Shown here: positions 7,281-16,567 of the stretch, in pieces
Layout: the number at the start of each line of letters is the position of its first letter
Numbering within the stretch: the stretch's first letter is position 1
From: a virus
Length of the DNA stretch: 64,000 nucleotides
IMG/VR virus record: IMGVR_UViG_3300046779_001735
Location: 1-64,000 of that record
Strand: one strand, 5' to 3'
Notes under the pieces: generated by a model
Databases searched by the model: none
Told to the model about the DNA's origin: nothing
The model's input: only the letters and a program-made list of their open reading frames with translations
Position numbers and translations under genes: made by a program

Positions 7281-8705
7281 ATGTCAACTTACAAACGTGT
7301 CAGCGGTGACTACAACATTGTTTCTATTAACCCTACAGACAATGTCAGCATCACAACCAATCAAGTAACCGTTTCAGGCAACATCACATCGACTCAAAAT
7401 CTAACGATAGGTAACGTTGTTGCCAGTGGGAATATATCCACTGCTAACCTTACTGCGTCTGGTACTGTATCGTTCCCCACTGCTAATATTTCTGCTAACA
7501 ATATCACCAGTAACAACATCACTTCAGTGGGTAATTTTGTGACCACTGGTGTGTTTATTGGTGACGGGTCAGGCTTAACTAACATTCCTGCGGGCGCAAA
7601 CGCAGTAGGCAACAGAATACAATTTGGTCTTAGTCGAGTTGACATTCAAAATGTCAGTGGCAATATTAATGTCAATGTAGGTGGTACCAGCAATGTATTG
7701 TTGTTTACCACAGAGGGCGCAACACTGCCGGGCAACATCGTGACCGGCAATATTCTCACTGATGGATATTTCTTTGCAAATGGATTACCATTTGTTAGTG
7801 GCGGCACAGTTACCTGGGATGCTCAGACCACACCACCGCCTTCGCCTACAGCAGGTGATTTTTGGTTCAATACAACCAATGGTATTCTATATCAATATGT
7901 AAACGACGGTGACAGTGATCAATGGGTTGACATGAGTGGAATATCTACTCCACCTGCCTCGGCCAGTACCATAGCCAACACAGTGGTTCAGCGAGACACC
8001 AATGGATCGTTTACAGCCAATGCAGTGGCAACTACCACTGTGAGTGCCACTGGCAATATTTCCGCCACTTACTTCTTGGGCAACGGTAGTCTGTTGACAG
8101 GTATAGCTGGTGCTCCATCCGCTATTACCAACGGCACCAGTGCAGTGAACATACCCAGTGTAAATGGTGTAACATTCGCAAACGTTGCAGGCACCAATGT
8201 GGCACAGTTTGATAGTGCTGGCCTTAGAGTGGGTAACATCACAAATCTTGGTGCTAACAGCACAGGCAACATTGGCAACGCTTCAAATTACTTTAACAGA
8301 ATTTTTGCAACTTCAACTTCAGCTCTATATGCTGACCTTGCAGAAAACTACACAGCAGATGCTGATTACGAACCCGGAATCGTGGTAAGCTTTGGTGGTG
8401 ATAAAGAAATCACTATAAGTCAAGGCACACATGACACAGCAGTGGCCGGAGTGGTCAGTGCTAATCCAAGTTATCTTATGAATTCTGGAATTAATGGAAC
8501 ACCAGTGGCTCTCACTGGCAAAGTTCGCTGCCAGGTGCGTGGTCCTGTGGACAAAGGCTCATTGGTGGTGTCAAGCGAAATACCAGGTGTGGCTGAAAAG
8601 CTCAATCACAGCTTGTTCCGCCCTGGCTGCGTGATTGGAAAAAGTTTAATGCAAATTCAAGACAATTCAATACAAATGATTGACATAGTGGTAGGGAGGT
8701 TCTAA
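7281..8705 (+). CDS. Tail-fibre-like protein with C-terminal intramolecular-chaperone (peptidase G2-like) domain
   Basis: GN-rich repeats; SALYADLAENY..PG.VVSFGG..GVVSANP..VALTGKV..IGKSL..VVGR. Confidence 0.75.
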   Translation: MSTYKRVSGDYNIVSINPTDNVSITTNQVTVSGNITSTQNLTIGNVVASGNISTANLTASGTVSFPTANISANNITSNNITSVGNFVTTGVFIGDGSGLTNIPAGANAVGNRIQFGLSRVDIQNVSGNINVNVGGTSNVLLFTTEGATLPGNIVTGNILTDGYFFANGLPFVSGGTVTWDAQTTPPPSPTAGDFWFNTTNGILYQYVNDGDSDQWVDMSGISTPPASASTIANTVVQRDTNGSFTANAVATTTVSATGNISATYFLGNGSLLTGIAGAPSAITNGTSAVNIPSVNGVTFANVAGTNVAQFDSAGLRVGNITNLGANSTGNIGNASNYFNRIFATSTSALYADLAENYTADADYEPGIVVSFGGDKEITISQGTHDTAVAGVVSANPSYLMNSGINGTPVALTGKVRCQVRGPVDKGSLVVSSEIPGVAEKLNHSLFRPGCVIGKSLMQIQDNSIQMIDIVVGRF

Positions 8706-9787
8706 TGGCATTTTTTCCAACAAGCCCAGTAAATGGTCAGCAGGCCAATGTTGGCAACATTACCTATCAATGGAGCAACGCTACTAGTTCATGGAACAGA
8801 GTAGGCACAACTGTTACTCAGTTGGTTGACGGTATCACCGTAAATATCACTGGTAATCTAAATGCCACTGGCACTGGGCAACAGACCTTTGCTGGTCGCA
8901 TCAGCTCTGGTGGTAACATAACAGCCACAGGAAATATTCAAGGATCACACCTTACTATTAATCAAACCATATCAGCTGGCGGCAATATTGTAACCAATGG
9001 TGGTTTGACGGTGCTAGGCGCTACTTCAAATGTAGTAGCCTTGTATGCTACGAGTGTAGATGCTACGTCACAAATCTCAGTAGGCACAGCTACTCTTACG
9101 CCTACACAACTTAGTGTTGGTAATGTGTCTGCTTCAAACGCAGTGGTCTCGCCTTATGTTTCAACCACAACCTTGTTGGCATCAAATGCTGCGTTAACCA
9201 CCGCTACAGTAACAGGTAATATCAATGCTGGCAACGTTGTAGGCGGCAACATTTTTGGTAGTGGCGGCAACATCACAGGTAATATCACTTTAGGCAATAT
9301 CAGTACCACAGGCAATATTGATGCAGTGGGCAATGTCAGTGGTACTTTTATTTTAGGTAATGGCTTCTTTCTTACTGGGGTGCAAACAGGCGGCGGAGGT
9401 GGTGGAACAGGTTCTCGTGCCAACATTTCTACTACCATTGGGCCTATATCTAATGCAGTGAGTGTAAATGCAGATCTCGCAGGTTACAAGGGCTATGCTC
9501 TTTACAAAGTAACCACAAGTGCTGCAAGTTGGGTAAGATTATATACTAGCAACACAGCTAGAACCAACGATTCAACTAGAACCATAGATGTTGATCCTCA
9601 ACCTGGTGCAGGTGTAATAGCTGAAATTATTAGCTCAGGTGCAAACGTAGTAACAGTGAGTCCGGGCGCAGTTGGTTTTAATGACGATACCCCGGTATCA
9701 AACAATGTACCAATAACAATTACAAATATCAGCGGTTCACCAGCAACTATCACAGTAACGTTAACTATGTTACCACTGGAGTCATAA
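8705..9787 (+). CDS. Fibre/virion structural protein
   Basis: FPTSPVNGQ..YQW anchor motif, GN repeats, C-terminal KGYALYKV..WVRLY..DPQPGAGVIAE domain. Confidence 0.7.
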   Translation: MAFFPTSPVNGQQANVGNITYQWSNATSSWNRVGTTVTQLVDGITVNITGNLNATGTGQQTFAGRISSGGNITATGNIQGSHLTINQTISAGGNIVTNGGLTVLGATSNVVALYATSVDATSQISVGTATLTPTQLSVGNVSASNAVVSPYVSTTTLLASNAALTTATVTGNINAGNVVGGNIFGSGGNITGNITLGNISTTGNIDAVGNVSGTFILGNGFFLTGVQTGGGGGGTGSRANISTTIGPISNAVSVNADLAGYKGYALYKVTTSAASWVRLYTSNTARTNDSTRTIDVDPQPGAGVIAEIISSGANVVTVSPGAVGFNDDTPVSNNVPITITNISGSPATITVTLTMLPLES

Positions 9788-11811
9788 TGATTATTGATGG
9801 GATCAACGATCCAGAAGAAATTAGAAGAATTCTAGGCGACAATCCTCATCCACAGGCATTGCAAGAATTCACTCAACAGTACATTGGTATGAATCAGCCT
9901 TTGGTTATTGAACTAGGCCAAGAGTATCCTTATACAGTAACTTTGCATCGCGATATTAATCAGGAAAATTTTTACGACGAAATGGAAAGCGCAGGCAGTC
10001 GTGGCTATGTGCCTGAACGAGTAGTTGAGTGTTCTCAACGCATGCCCATGTGTCGTAGCACAGAGTACCTTTTGACTCCAGAAGAAGCAGCGGGTCTTGA
10101 ACTTGATCCTAGAGTCATGGCCGTGGAAATTGATCCACAACATCATGGTATCCAAGCTAGACCTCTAGTAAGTCAATACAGTGCAGGATGGGATAAAACT
10201 GGTAATCTTGATCCTATATTTAAAAATTGGGGGCTGTTCCGGCAGTGGTTCCGTCGCCAGATTCCAAATTGGGGCGGCGGTGGGCAACAAGATCCCACAC
10301 AGGCTGGCACAATTACTTTGACCAGCACCGGAAAAAATGTTGATGTGGTGGTGTTTGATGGCAACATTGATCCTGCACATCCAGAATATCAAAGAAATGC
10401 AGATGGCACAGGCGGCACTCGAGTGAACCAATTCAACTGGTGGAGTCTTAATCCCCAGGTCACAGGACAAGCAGCAGGAACCTACAACTACACCGCAGGT
10501 GTTGCTGGAAATAATGGTCACGGTTTTCATGTGGCTGGAATCTTTGCAGGTAACACTCAAGGTTGGGCCCGTGATTCTACTATCTATAATATTTCTCCCT
10601 ACGGCGAACAAACCAATGGTACATCTACACCAAGTCTCACGCAGTTAGTGAATTATATTAGATACTGGCACAACAATATCAAAACTGTGAATCCAGAAAC
10701 CGGGGTCAAAAACCCCACTGTGGTCAACATGAGTTTTGGTCTTTTTGGTAATCAATTTGCTAGAGAAAACGGCGGTCGAATTAACGTTAACCAACTATAT
10801 TACCGCGGTGTCACTCAAAACTATCCAGCATCAGCTCCTCCAGGTCAATCAAGTCTCCAAGTAGCCTACAATGGTAACTGGACTCCTCAACAGTGGTACA
10901 ATGCAGGTGTTCAGCTGTATAGTGGATATATTGATGCGTATGGTGTGATTTTGTATTTTTATACAGCTCAAGACACCGCGGCAGAACAGGCAATTATTGA
11001 CGGTGTTAACGAAGGTATTATTTGGTGTGCAGCAGCAGGTAATCAGTGGAACGAAGCTGGATTTTTCAGCGATCATCCTAATTACGTTAATTATGTAAAT
11101 CAGGCCTATGCACAGATTGGCAGTGTAGTTTTATATCGGGCTAGTTATCACAATAGAATGCCAGTACCTGCATCAGCAGAGTCAGGTCGCGGTACTGCTA
11201 ACTTTAAAACTATCTGTGTGGTTGGCAATATTAGTGTACAAGCTAACCAGTCCTTGAGTCAAACCAGTTCTGCAGGCAACAAAGTCACGGTGTGGGCACC
11301 TGGTGAAAATATCATGAGTGCTTATAACGCAGCTGGTATTCCTGATCCAAGAAATGCTGCATTCTATATTACCAAACTCACAGGCACGAGCATGGCCAGT
11401 CCGCAGATCGCAGGTATCATAGCTTGCATGGCAGAACTGTATCCGGACAAGCGCATGATGGATTACATTTCTTGGATCAATGCCTATGCCAACTTAAACA
11501 ATGTGCCTGATCTTGGCATACCTTTACCACCTGGGCCTGTTAGTAATTTTGGCCTACGCGAGGCTCCCAATGTATTTGGATTGTACTACAACGATCGCCC
11601 TATTAACGGTAACACATGGCCTCAAAAACGCTGGTGGATACGTCCTACTCAGGGTCTAGCTTATCCTCGACAAACCATAAGACGCAGAAGCACTGTGGTT
11701 TCAACTCCTGCAGCTCCGGCAGCTGACAGAGTGTTCACAGCCAGCGTGCGAACAGACAGCACGGCAGGGCCAATTATTGCTACTACCGGAAACATAACAA
11801 TAACAGGGTAA
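9787..11811 (+). CDS. Subtilisin-like (S8) serine peptidase, probably virion-associated
   Basis: Catalytic set VDVVVFDG, HGFHVAG, AAAGN, GTSMASP. Confidence 0.9.
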   Translation: MIIDGINDPEEIRRILGDNPHPQALQEFTQQYIGMNQPLVIELGQEYPYTVTLHRDINQENFYDEMESAGSRGYVPERVVECSQRMPMCRSTEYLLTPEEAAGLELDPRVMAVEIDPQHHGIQARPLVSQYSAGWDKTGNLDPIFKNWGLFRQWFRRQIPNWGGGGQQDPTQAGTITLTSTGKNVDVVVFDGNIDPAHPEYQRNADGTGGTRVNQFNWWSLNPQVTGQAAGTYNYTAGVAGNNGHGFHVAGIFAGNTQGWARDSTIYNISPYGEQTNGTSTPSLTQLVNYIRYWHNNIKTVNPETGVKNPTVVNMSFGLFGNQFARENGGRINVNQLYYRGVTQNYPASAPPGQSSLQVAYNGNWTPQQWYNAGVQLYSGYIDAYGVILYFYTAQDTAAEQAIIDGVNEGIIWCAAAGNQWNEAGFFSDHPNYVNYVNQAYAQIGSVVLYRASYHNRMPVPASAESGRGTANFKTICVVGNISVQANQSLSQTSSAGNKVTVWAPGENIMSAYNAAGIPDPRNAAFYITKLTGTSMASPQIAGIIACMAELYPDKRMMDYISWINAYANLNNVPDLGIPLPPGPVSNFGLREAPNVFGLYYNDRPINGNTWPQKRWWIRPTQGLAYPRQTIRRRSTVVSTPAAPAADRVFTASVRTDSTAGPIIATTGNITITG

Positions 11812-11814
11812 ACC

Positions 11815-14298
11815 GTGGAACAAAAAATTTTCCAACTTGGTACACACACAGAAGCTCAATGGGATGCTCTAAATCATGAGCTGATTTCACCTGGTAATCT
11901 AAGTGCTGCTGTGCCTAGTCGTGTGGTAACCTGTGTAGATCAACAGGTGCACAGTGCCACTCGCGGAACCTATATTTTAACTCAACAGGAAGCAGATGAG
12001 TTGATCAACGATCCAAGAGTTAAATGGATTAACATTGACTACAAAAGTTATCCTGAAATATACGCACCACCGCCTGATGAGCTACATGCTACCCCTGTGG
12101 CTGCACAAGCTCGCTGGGCTTCAAACGTAAAAAATTATCGCAGAATTGTTGGCAATACCACAGCAGAAAATGAAGCCAATAGAATGGGCTATGGGTTGTT
12201 AAGACACCAGCAGGCCGCAGAGCCCTGGCGAGCCAATGCTCTAGCTGATAGTGCTGTGTACACAGCCAACGTATCTCAACATGCAACTGGCAAACACGTT
12301 GATTTGATTGTGGCTGATGATGGCGGAGGCTGGCACGGTCACCCTGAGTTTTACAATGCGCCTAAGAGTTTATCTACGGGAAGTGCCTACGCTACACCAC
12401 GTGACTATGCAGGAGGTAATAGACTACCTGGCAACGGTAAGTGTGACATGCTGGATCTTGCTTTGGATGCTCCTTACTATCTTGATCCAGACTGGTTCAA
12501 CGCTAATCCAGCCACTAGACTGATTACTCGTTGGGATGGTACTGTGGTGCCGGTAGAGAGTGAAGCTAGATCCTGGTGGTCCAATGCCAGTAATCGCTCA
12601 GCAGCTTTTGCCGGTGCCGGTACGGTATCAGTGCCCGCTGCTTACACTAGAAACTACAACAACGGCAGCAACACTGTAAAAGCCACAAGTGGTCAACATG
12701 GCACACCATGTTGTGCTCTTTCTTTTGGTCGTACTCAAGGCTGGGCATACAATTCCAATAAGTGGGGTCTTAATCTTTACGGAACTAATGGTGTAGGGAT
12801 TGAGCCAGGATTTGACTTAATCAAGATTTTTCACCAGAACAAACGTATCAATCCCCTGTATGGCAACAAAGACCCTACAGTAATGAGCAACAGTTGGGGA
12901 TACAGAGCTAATAAAGATCCAAACGGCTCCACGTATTACTACACTCATAGGTCTTCTAGTAACATAAGCTACACCACAGAAACCGGAATTCCTTGGCTTA
13001 GCCACATGGGATTGACTGGTGATGCAGGAAGATGGAAGTCAGAAATGAAGGCGAATTCTATGTTGCAAGCTCTTGAAGAACTCATTCAATCCGGAGTGAT
13101 TTTCGTAGCAGCGGCTGGTAACAGTAATCAGAAAGTTGTAGAGTCGTCTCACCCTGACTACAATAACTTCATTACAACTTCTGCCGGTGGCAACCTAGCA
13201 GGGTCTAATTTTAGTGAGTTTGGGGTAAACGTGTATGGCACCACTAATCGTCGTGGCTTCCCGCAACAAGGTGGGTCTTATATTGACGGTGGGGGCAACA
13301 CAGTCTATCCTGTTATCAGCATTGGTGCCCTTGATGATGATTTTGTCACAAGCAAAGAAGCCAAAGTCAACTACAGTGATCGTGGCAACGGTATTGATTT
13401 TTATTTTGCCGCAGATGGAACTCTTGCCGCTAATCTAAGCTATGCTAGTGCTTACACTAGAGTAGATACCTATACTGGCTTTGGATTCACTGCCGATGAC
13501 ACGGCTTTTGGTGGTACCAGTGCTGCTTGCCCAGGGGCATCAGGATTTATTGCGTGTCTAATGGAATACAATCGTACCTGGACTTGGCAGGATATAAAAG
13601 CTTGGGTAGCAACATTGTCTGCACCTAGCGCGACTGATTTTTATTATGGTACTGAATCAACTACTGCCCTAACCGCAAACTGGGAAGATTACAACAGTTT
13701 GGAGGGAGGAACTCCGGTAATAGCGTATCAAACACCTGCTAGTTATAATGAAAATCTAGCAGGTGCCGCTGCAGGTTTCAACTTTACACCCTATCAGATG
13801 AACGAGGGTGCCACAGGCAATTTGAACATAATGACCGGTCTGGTAAACAGCGGTGATACCCTGTATTGGACCATACTACACGGATCTACTTCTGCGGCTG
13901 ATTTTGTGGCAGAGTCTGGATCTTTTGTTGTGACCAATGATCGCGGCGCATTTACAGTGCAAACAGTAGCAGATCTCACCACTGAAGGCACACAATCATT
14001 TCAAATTGAGCTTAGATCAGGTAGTGTATCAGGCACAGTACTAGCTACTAGTACTAGCATACCTGTTTTGGATACATCATACTTTGCTACAGCCTCATTA
14101 AGTGGTTTTTCAAATACCATACCAGAAGGATCAAGCACCACAGTCACTGTGAATACCACTGGTGTGCCCGACGGTGCCACGCTGTATTGGACGATAAACC
14201 ACGGAAATTCAACTCCAGCTGATTTCACAGCAACTTCAGGATCATTCACAGTTAACTCAAGCACGGGCAGCTTTGTGATTTTCACAAATGTAACCTAA
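11815..14298 (+). CDS. Subtilisin-like (S8) peptidase with C-terminal Ig/Calx-beta-like repeats
   Basis: VDLIVADD, HGTPCCA, AAAGNSN, GGTSAACP; one complete and one truncated xNEG..LYWTI..ADF..SGSF repeat. Confidence 0.88.
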   Translation: MEQKIFQLGTHTEAQWDALNHELISPGNLSAAVPSRVVTCVDQQVHSATRGTYILTQQEADELINDPRVKWINIDYKSYPEIYAPPPDELHATPVAAQARWASNVKNYRRIVGNTTAENEANRMGYGLLRHQQAAEPWRANALADSAVYTANVSQHATGKHVDLIVADDGGGWHGHPEFYNAPKSLSTGSAYATPRDYAGGNRLPGNGKCDMLDLALDAPYYLDPDWFNANPATRLITRWDGTVVPVESEARSWWSNASNRSAAFAGAGTVSVPAAYTRNYNNGSNTVKATSGQHGTPCCALSFGRTQGWAYNSNKWGLNLYGTNGVGIEPGFDLIKIFHQNKRINPLYGNKDPTVMSNSWGYRANKDPNGSTYYYTHRSSSNISYTTETGIPWLSHMGLTGDAGRWKSEMKANSMLQALEELIQSGVIFVAAAGNSNQKVVESSHPDYNNFITTSAGGNLAGSNFSEFGVNVYGTTNRRGFPQQGGSYIDGGGNTVYPVISIGALDDDFVTSKEAKVNYSDRGNGIDFYFAADGTLAANLSYASAYTRVDTYTGFGFTADDTAFGGTSAACPGASGFIACLMEYNRTWTWQDIKAWVATLSAPSATDFYYGTESTTALTANWEDYNSLEGGTPVIAYQTPASYNENLAGAAAGFNFTPYQMNEGATGNLNIMTGLVNSGDTLYWTILHGSTSAADFVAESGSFVVTNDRGAFTVQTVADLTTEGTQSFQIELRSGSVSGTVLATSTSIPVLDTSYFATASLSGFSNTIPEGSSTTVTVNTTGVPDGATLYWTINHGNSTPADFTATSGSFTVNSSTGSFVIFTNVT

Positions 14299-14349
14299 AA
14301 AGCCAAATCTCTATTTCCGATAAATATTAGATCGGGAACTAGGACAGAG

Positions 14350-16206
14350 ATGGCACAGCAAATAATCAACGTAGGATCACAACCAGATAACGGTGATGGT
14401 GATCCCTTACGCACCGCTTTCGTTAAAACCAACGAAAATTTCACTGAAATCTATCAAGCTGGGCCGGTTGGTAGCAATATTCAAATTGCTAACAATACCA
14501 TCTCTACGTCCCAACTAAATGGCAACATAATTCTAGCTCCGCGCGGCATTGGCGTAGTTCAAACCAATAGCACCATGATGCCGCGGTTGGACAACGTGTA
14601 TGATCTTGGCACGCCCAGTCTACGTTATAACACACTATATCTAGGCACTGGCGGGTTTGAAAGCGTGGGTAATATCGCAGGCAGTTACTTCATTGGAAAT
14701 GGTAGTTTGCTCACTGGTATTGTTGCTGAATCTCCACGTGCGATAATCTGGGGTAACACCAATCTAAGTATTGCTAGTGTTAATGGAAATATTGCGCTGA
14801 CTGTGACTGGTACAAGTAATGTTGTAGTGGTTGACCAAAACGGGTTAACTGTTGCTGGCAACATCAGTGCCACTAATATCACTGGTAACATTGTGGGTAA
14901 CCTCACAGTGCCAGGTGCAAATACTGGAGTGGTGTTTAATGATAGCGGCATTGCCAATAGCTCAGCTGCATTTACTTTCAATCGATCATCTAATACAGTA
15001 ACAGCCGCAGGTAACATTGTGACCTCTGGTAATTTTATTGGACAGATTCCGGCCAGTACCAATCAGATTTATGTGGCCAAGAATGGCAGCGATTCCAACA
15101 ATGGTGGATTGAATACCCCATTCCTGACCATTCGCGCTGCAATGGCCGCAGCCACTGCTGGTACTGCGGTGCATGTGGCTCCAGGTACCTATACTGAAAT
15201 CAATCCCATAACCATTCCAGCTAATGTGAGTCTCATAGGCGACAACCTAAGAAATGTCCAAGTCATTCCACAAACACCTGCAAGTGATGTATTTTACATG
15301 AGCAATGGCACTTATGTTTGGGGTCTTACGCTTAGAAATTATTTGGCTAATGGCTTCAGTTACAATCCTGCCACTCCTAGCCAAAATGTTTTTGTAAGTC
15401 CATACATTCAAAACATCACAAGTTCTACTACCACAGGCACTGTGGTGAAAATTGATGGTAACTTGGTAAGCGCAGCCAGCACCAAGGCCATGATTGTTGG
15501 CTTCTTGACTGCTATCAATCAAGGCGGTAAAGGTGTACATATTATCAACAGTGGCTATAGTCAATTGGTCAACATCTACACCATCGCGTGTGATGTGGGC
15601 ATTAAAGTGGAATCTGGTGGATTTTGTACTCTAAACGGATCTGACTGCTCAATTGGCAACTATGGACTTGTGGCTGATGGTATTGGAGTTTTACAAACCT
15701 CAGGCGTGACCAGTGGATATAGCATCAATGGTTTGTTTAGCTTGACCAATCTTGCTAATGGTACTCCACATGTGAACACTGTGTTAAAGATTGATGGAGA
15801 TCCAGAATATTATACCATTGACACTATTATTCCCACTGGTGCAAACACAGCTGATGTGATAATTCAGCAGACTTACTCTGGTAATCTTGCTCCTAATACC
15901 AACGTAGAATTTTATGTACGTAGTGCTATTATTGCCAGTGCACACACATTTGAATATGTGGGTGCAGGCACTAACCCCGCAACTGCGCTACCACAATATG
16001 GCGGCATACCAATTGAAGCTAACGAAGTTATACAAATCAATGGCGGTGTGGTGACGTTTACTAGCACTGATCAAAAGGGCAATTTTAAAGTTGGAACAGG
16101 CTTTACAATCAATCAAGCACAAGGCACGATTGAAGGAACTTATTTTTACAAGGCATTGTTTGCTCAGATGACACCCTACATCTTGGCCCTATCAGAAGGC
16201 ACATAA
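14350..16206 (+). CDS. Baseplate-attached fibre/spike with gp9/gp10-like N-terminus and beta-helix domain
   Basis: QIINVG..DNGDGDPLRTAF.K.NENF.EIY; YVAKNGSDSNNG..PFLTI..VAPGTY.E (pectin-lyase-like). Confidence 0.75.
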   Translation: MAQQIINVGSQPDNGDGDPLRTAFVKTNENFTEIYQAGPVGSNIQIANNTISTSQLNGNIILAPRGIGVVQTNSTMMPRLDNVYDLGTPSLRYNTLYLGTGGFESVGNIAGSYFIGNGSLLTGIVAESPRAIIWGNTNLSIASVNGNIALTVTGTSNVVVVDQNGLTVAGNISATNITGNIVGNLTVPGANTGVVFNDSGIANSSAAFTFNRSSNTVTAAGNIVTSGNFIGQIPASTNQIYVAKNGSDSNNGGLNTPFLTIRAAMAAATAGTAVHVAPGTYTEINPITIPANVSLIGDNLRNVQVIPQTPASDVFYMSNGTYVWGLTLRNYLANGFSYNPATPSQNVFVSPYIQNITSSTTTGTVVKIDGNLVSAASTKAMIVGFLTAINQGGKGVHIINSGYSQLVNIYTIACDVGIKVESGGFCTLNGSDCSIGNYGLVADGIGVLQTSGVTSGYSINGLFSLTNLANGTPHVNTVLKIDGDPEYYTIDTIIPTGANTADVIIQQTYSGNLAPNTNVEFYVRSAIIASAHTFEYVGAGTNPATALPQYGGIPIEANEVIQINGGVVTFTSTDQKGNFKVGTGFTINQAQGTIEGTYFYKALFAQMTPYILALSEGT

Positions 16207-16227
16207 GTAATTGGATAAGGAAAAATT

Positions 16228-16566
16228 ATGGCAGGCGCACTAAACGTTTTTAAAACTGTTACAGCAAATCTAACCACAGCAATGACCTCGGTTTATACTC
16301 CTCCAGTGGGATATGCAACGGTGGTACTCATGGCGCAGGTCAGTAATCTCACAGGAAATACTATCACAATATCAGCCAATGTGTCAAATGTTAGCACTTC
16401 AACCTCAACTGCTTTGATTAGAAATGCAGCATTACCGTCAGCTGATGCTATCACTGTGCTAACCGGGCGTTTAATTTTGAATGTACAGGAAAATTTTCAA
16501 ATTGCTGCCAGTGCTAACAACAGCGGGCAGTTAACTTTGAGTCTGCTGGAAACTTTGATAACATAA
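16228..16566 (+). CDS. Small beta-rich virion protein
   Basis: AAGGA Shine-Dalgarno; VYTPP motif similar to the small protein at 26913. Confidence 0.65.
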   Translation: MAGALNVFKTVTANLTTAMTSVYTPPVGYATVVLMAQVSNLTGNTITISANVSNVSTSTSTALIRNAALPSADAITVLTGRLILNVQENFQIAASANNSGQLTLSLLETLIT

Positions 16567-16567
16567 C

